DNA from: Candidatus Microgenomates bacterium
GTDB taxonomy: Bacteria > Patescibacteriota > Microgenomatia > Daviesbacterales > UBA10151
Assembly: GCA_016182045.1 (NCBI GenBank)
Contig: JACOYE010000009.1
Location: forward strand, 1,328-65,327
Direction: 5' to 3'
DNA: 64,000 nucleotides
The translations under genes were made by a program, and so were the position numbers. The notes under the pieces were generated by a model. That model searched no databases and had not been told where the DNA came from. It worked only from the letters and a program-made list of their open reading frames with translations. How positions within the stretch are numbered: the stretch's first letter is position 1; the number at the start of each line of letters is the position of its first letter. Of this stretch, positions 63,391 to 64,000 are shown piece after piece.

Positions 63391-63705
63391 TTAAAAAAGC
63401 CCTTGCCTAATCACCAAAAATGATGATCAGACAAGGGCCTTCAAAGGCGGTACCACCTTGTTTTCCATTATTGCCATTAAAAAACTCACCGTGTGGTGAG
63501 TCTCGAAATTTTAGCAAAAATGCTTATTCTCGAGTGCTCCGATTTCTTACGACACACTCATGCGTTGTTACGGTTCGCACCCGGCAAAGCTTTTGGCTTA
63601 CAACTCCAGAGGGTAATTCGAATAAATTGCTTGGTAAGCTTTCTCCAACCGCTTACTCTCAAATGACCCCAATTTACTCTACTATTTCTCTATCACAGTC
63701 TTTAC
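63391..63705 (-). promoter_or_regulatory. T-box leader (tRNA-sensing riboswitch) with promoter and terminator
   Basis: Read on the minus strand: promoter TTGACA-16-TATACT; AGTAGAGTA Stem-I-base motif; T-box sequence AACAAGGTGGTACCGCC (consensus AGGGUGGNACCGCG). A canonical antiterminator (A1 CAAGG with CCTTG, UGGU bulge, A2 GCC-UUUGAA-GGC) is mutually exclusive with the terminator GCCCTTG...CAAGGGC plus T6. A candidate AUG-A specifier lies ~160 nt from the TSS. Confidence 0.7.
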
Positions 63706-63753
63706 AATATTTAATTGTTAATATAAGTATACCACAAAAAGTCAAGGTGTCAA

Positions 63754-63975
63754 CTATGGGATAATAAACTCCCACGGTTCTTTTTTATTTTTAGTTTCTT
63801 TGGCTTTAACTACAATTTTGCCCTCTTCTTTTAAACCAGGAATTAACTTCTCATTCATCCTATTAAGGATATTGTCGCTTGCTGAAAAAGGCACTATAGA
63901 AGCTCCAGAGGGTATGCTTTTGTTTACCTCGGGATGAGTAGTTATAAAATCTGCAAGCTTCGCAGTAAGTCTCAT
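63754..63975 (-). CDS. partial ORF at the window edge (hypothetical)
   Basis: The ORF runs toward the window end. Its 5' extent and identity cannot be assessed. Confidence 0.2.
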   Translation of the reverse strand: MRLTAKLADFITTHPEVNKSIPSGASIVPFSASDNILNRMNEKLIPGLKEEGKIVVKAKETKNKKEPWEFIIP

Positions 63976-64000
63976 GTTTTTATCAAGCTGTTGTTTGTTA

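Noticed and set aside
63420-63764. 114-aa + strand ORF upstream of the methyltransferase gene
   Set aside because: It coincides with the T-box leader (antiterminator/terminator elements) on the opposite strand. No RBS.
1-64000. CRISPR arrays, integrases, transposases, rRNA genes
   Set aside because: None detected: no regularly spaced direct repeats, and no recombinase or transposase-like ORFs. The many short antisense ORFs in the track (for example 4469-4684, 8421-8627, 9505-9720, 21252-21578 and 52966-53352) lie inside well-supported genes on the opposite strand and were disregarded.

Overview
This is a gene-dense, low-GC bacterial chromosome segment with strong ribosome-binding sites and mostly small genes. 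Its character is Firmicutes- or Patescibacteria-like: RNase Y, T-box and S-box leaders, YerB and YerC-like genes, a split transketolase, an archaeal-type AspRS and a core-only MetE. Core content: a non-oxidative pentose-phosphate operon (rpiB, rpe, LOG, tkt-N, tkt-C); tRNA-Gln next to gltX; a dacA-like gene; AspRS; recJ; cca; secD and secF separated by two inserted genes; comM; the RNase P RNA (found unannotated on the minus strand at about 34549-34909); miaA; a roughly 10 kb array of GT-C-type membrane glycosyltransferases with an FAD oxidoreductase and an NAD-dependent epimerase; an ABC transporter; HU; rny; recX and recA; tRNA-Pro; metK behind a SAM-I-like riboswitch; pgm; and a methyltransferase plus core-metE operon behind a T-box leader. 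Accessory and unusual content: (1) a roughly 5 kb accessory segment between rpiB and tRNA-Gln, holding a secreted propeller protein flanked by repeated terminator motifs, an orphan ~220-nt sRNA with its own promoter and terminator, and four unknown minus-strand cassette-like genes, two of which share a conserved ~50-nt 3' element; (2) a family of GC-rich palindromic mini-elements built around CGCTTCGCGAAGCG and CACCTCCGAGGTG cores, inserted in-frame into recA, cca, an oxidoreductase and AspRS, and into the RNase P RNA, much like Rickettsia palindromic elements; (3) a four-copy palindromic operator-like motif, TCCATTGATTTAAATCATTA; (4) two toxin-antitoxin loci, one a three-gene Phd / HigB-like / HigA arrangement; (5) at least one further unclassified structured RNA at about 2665-3030. 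No CRISPR array, integrase or transposase was seen.
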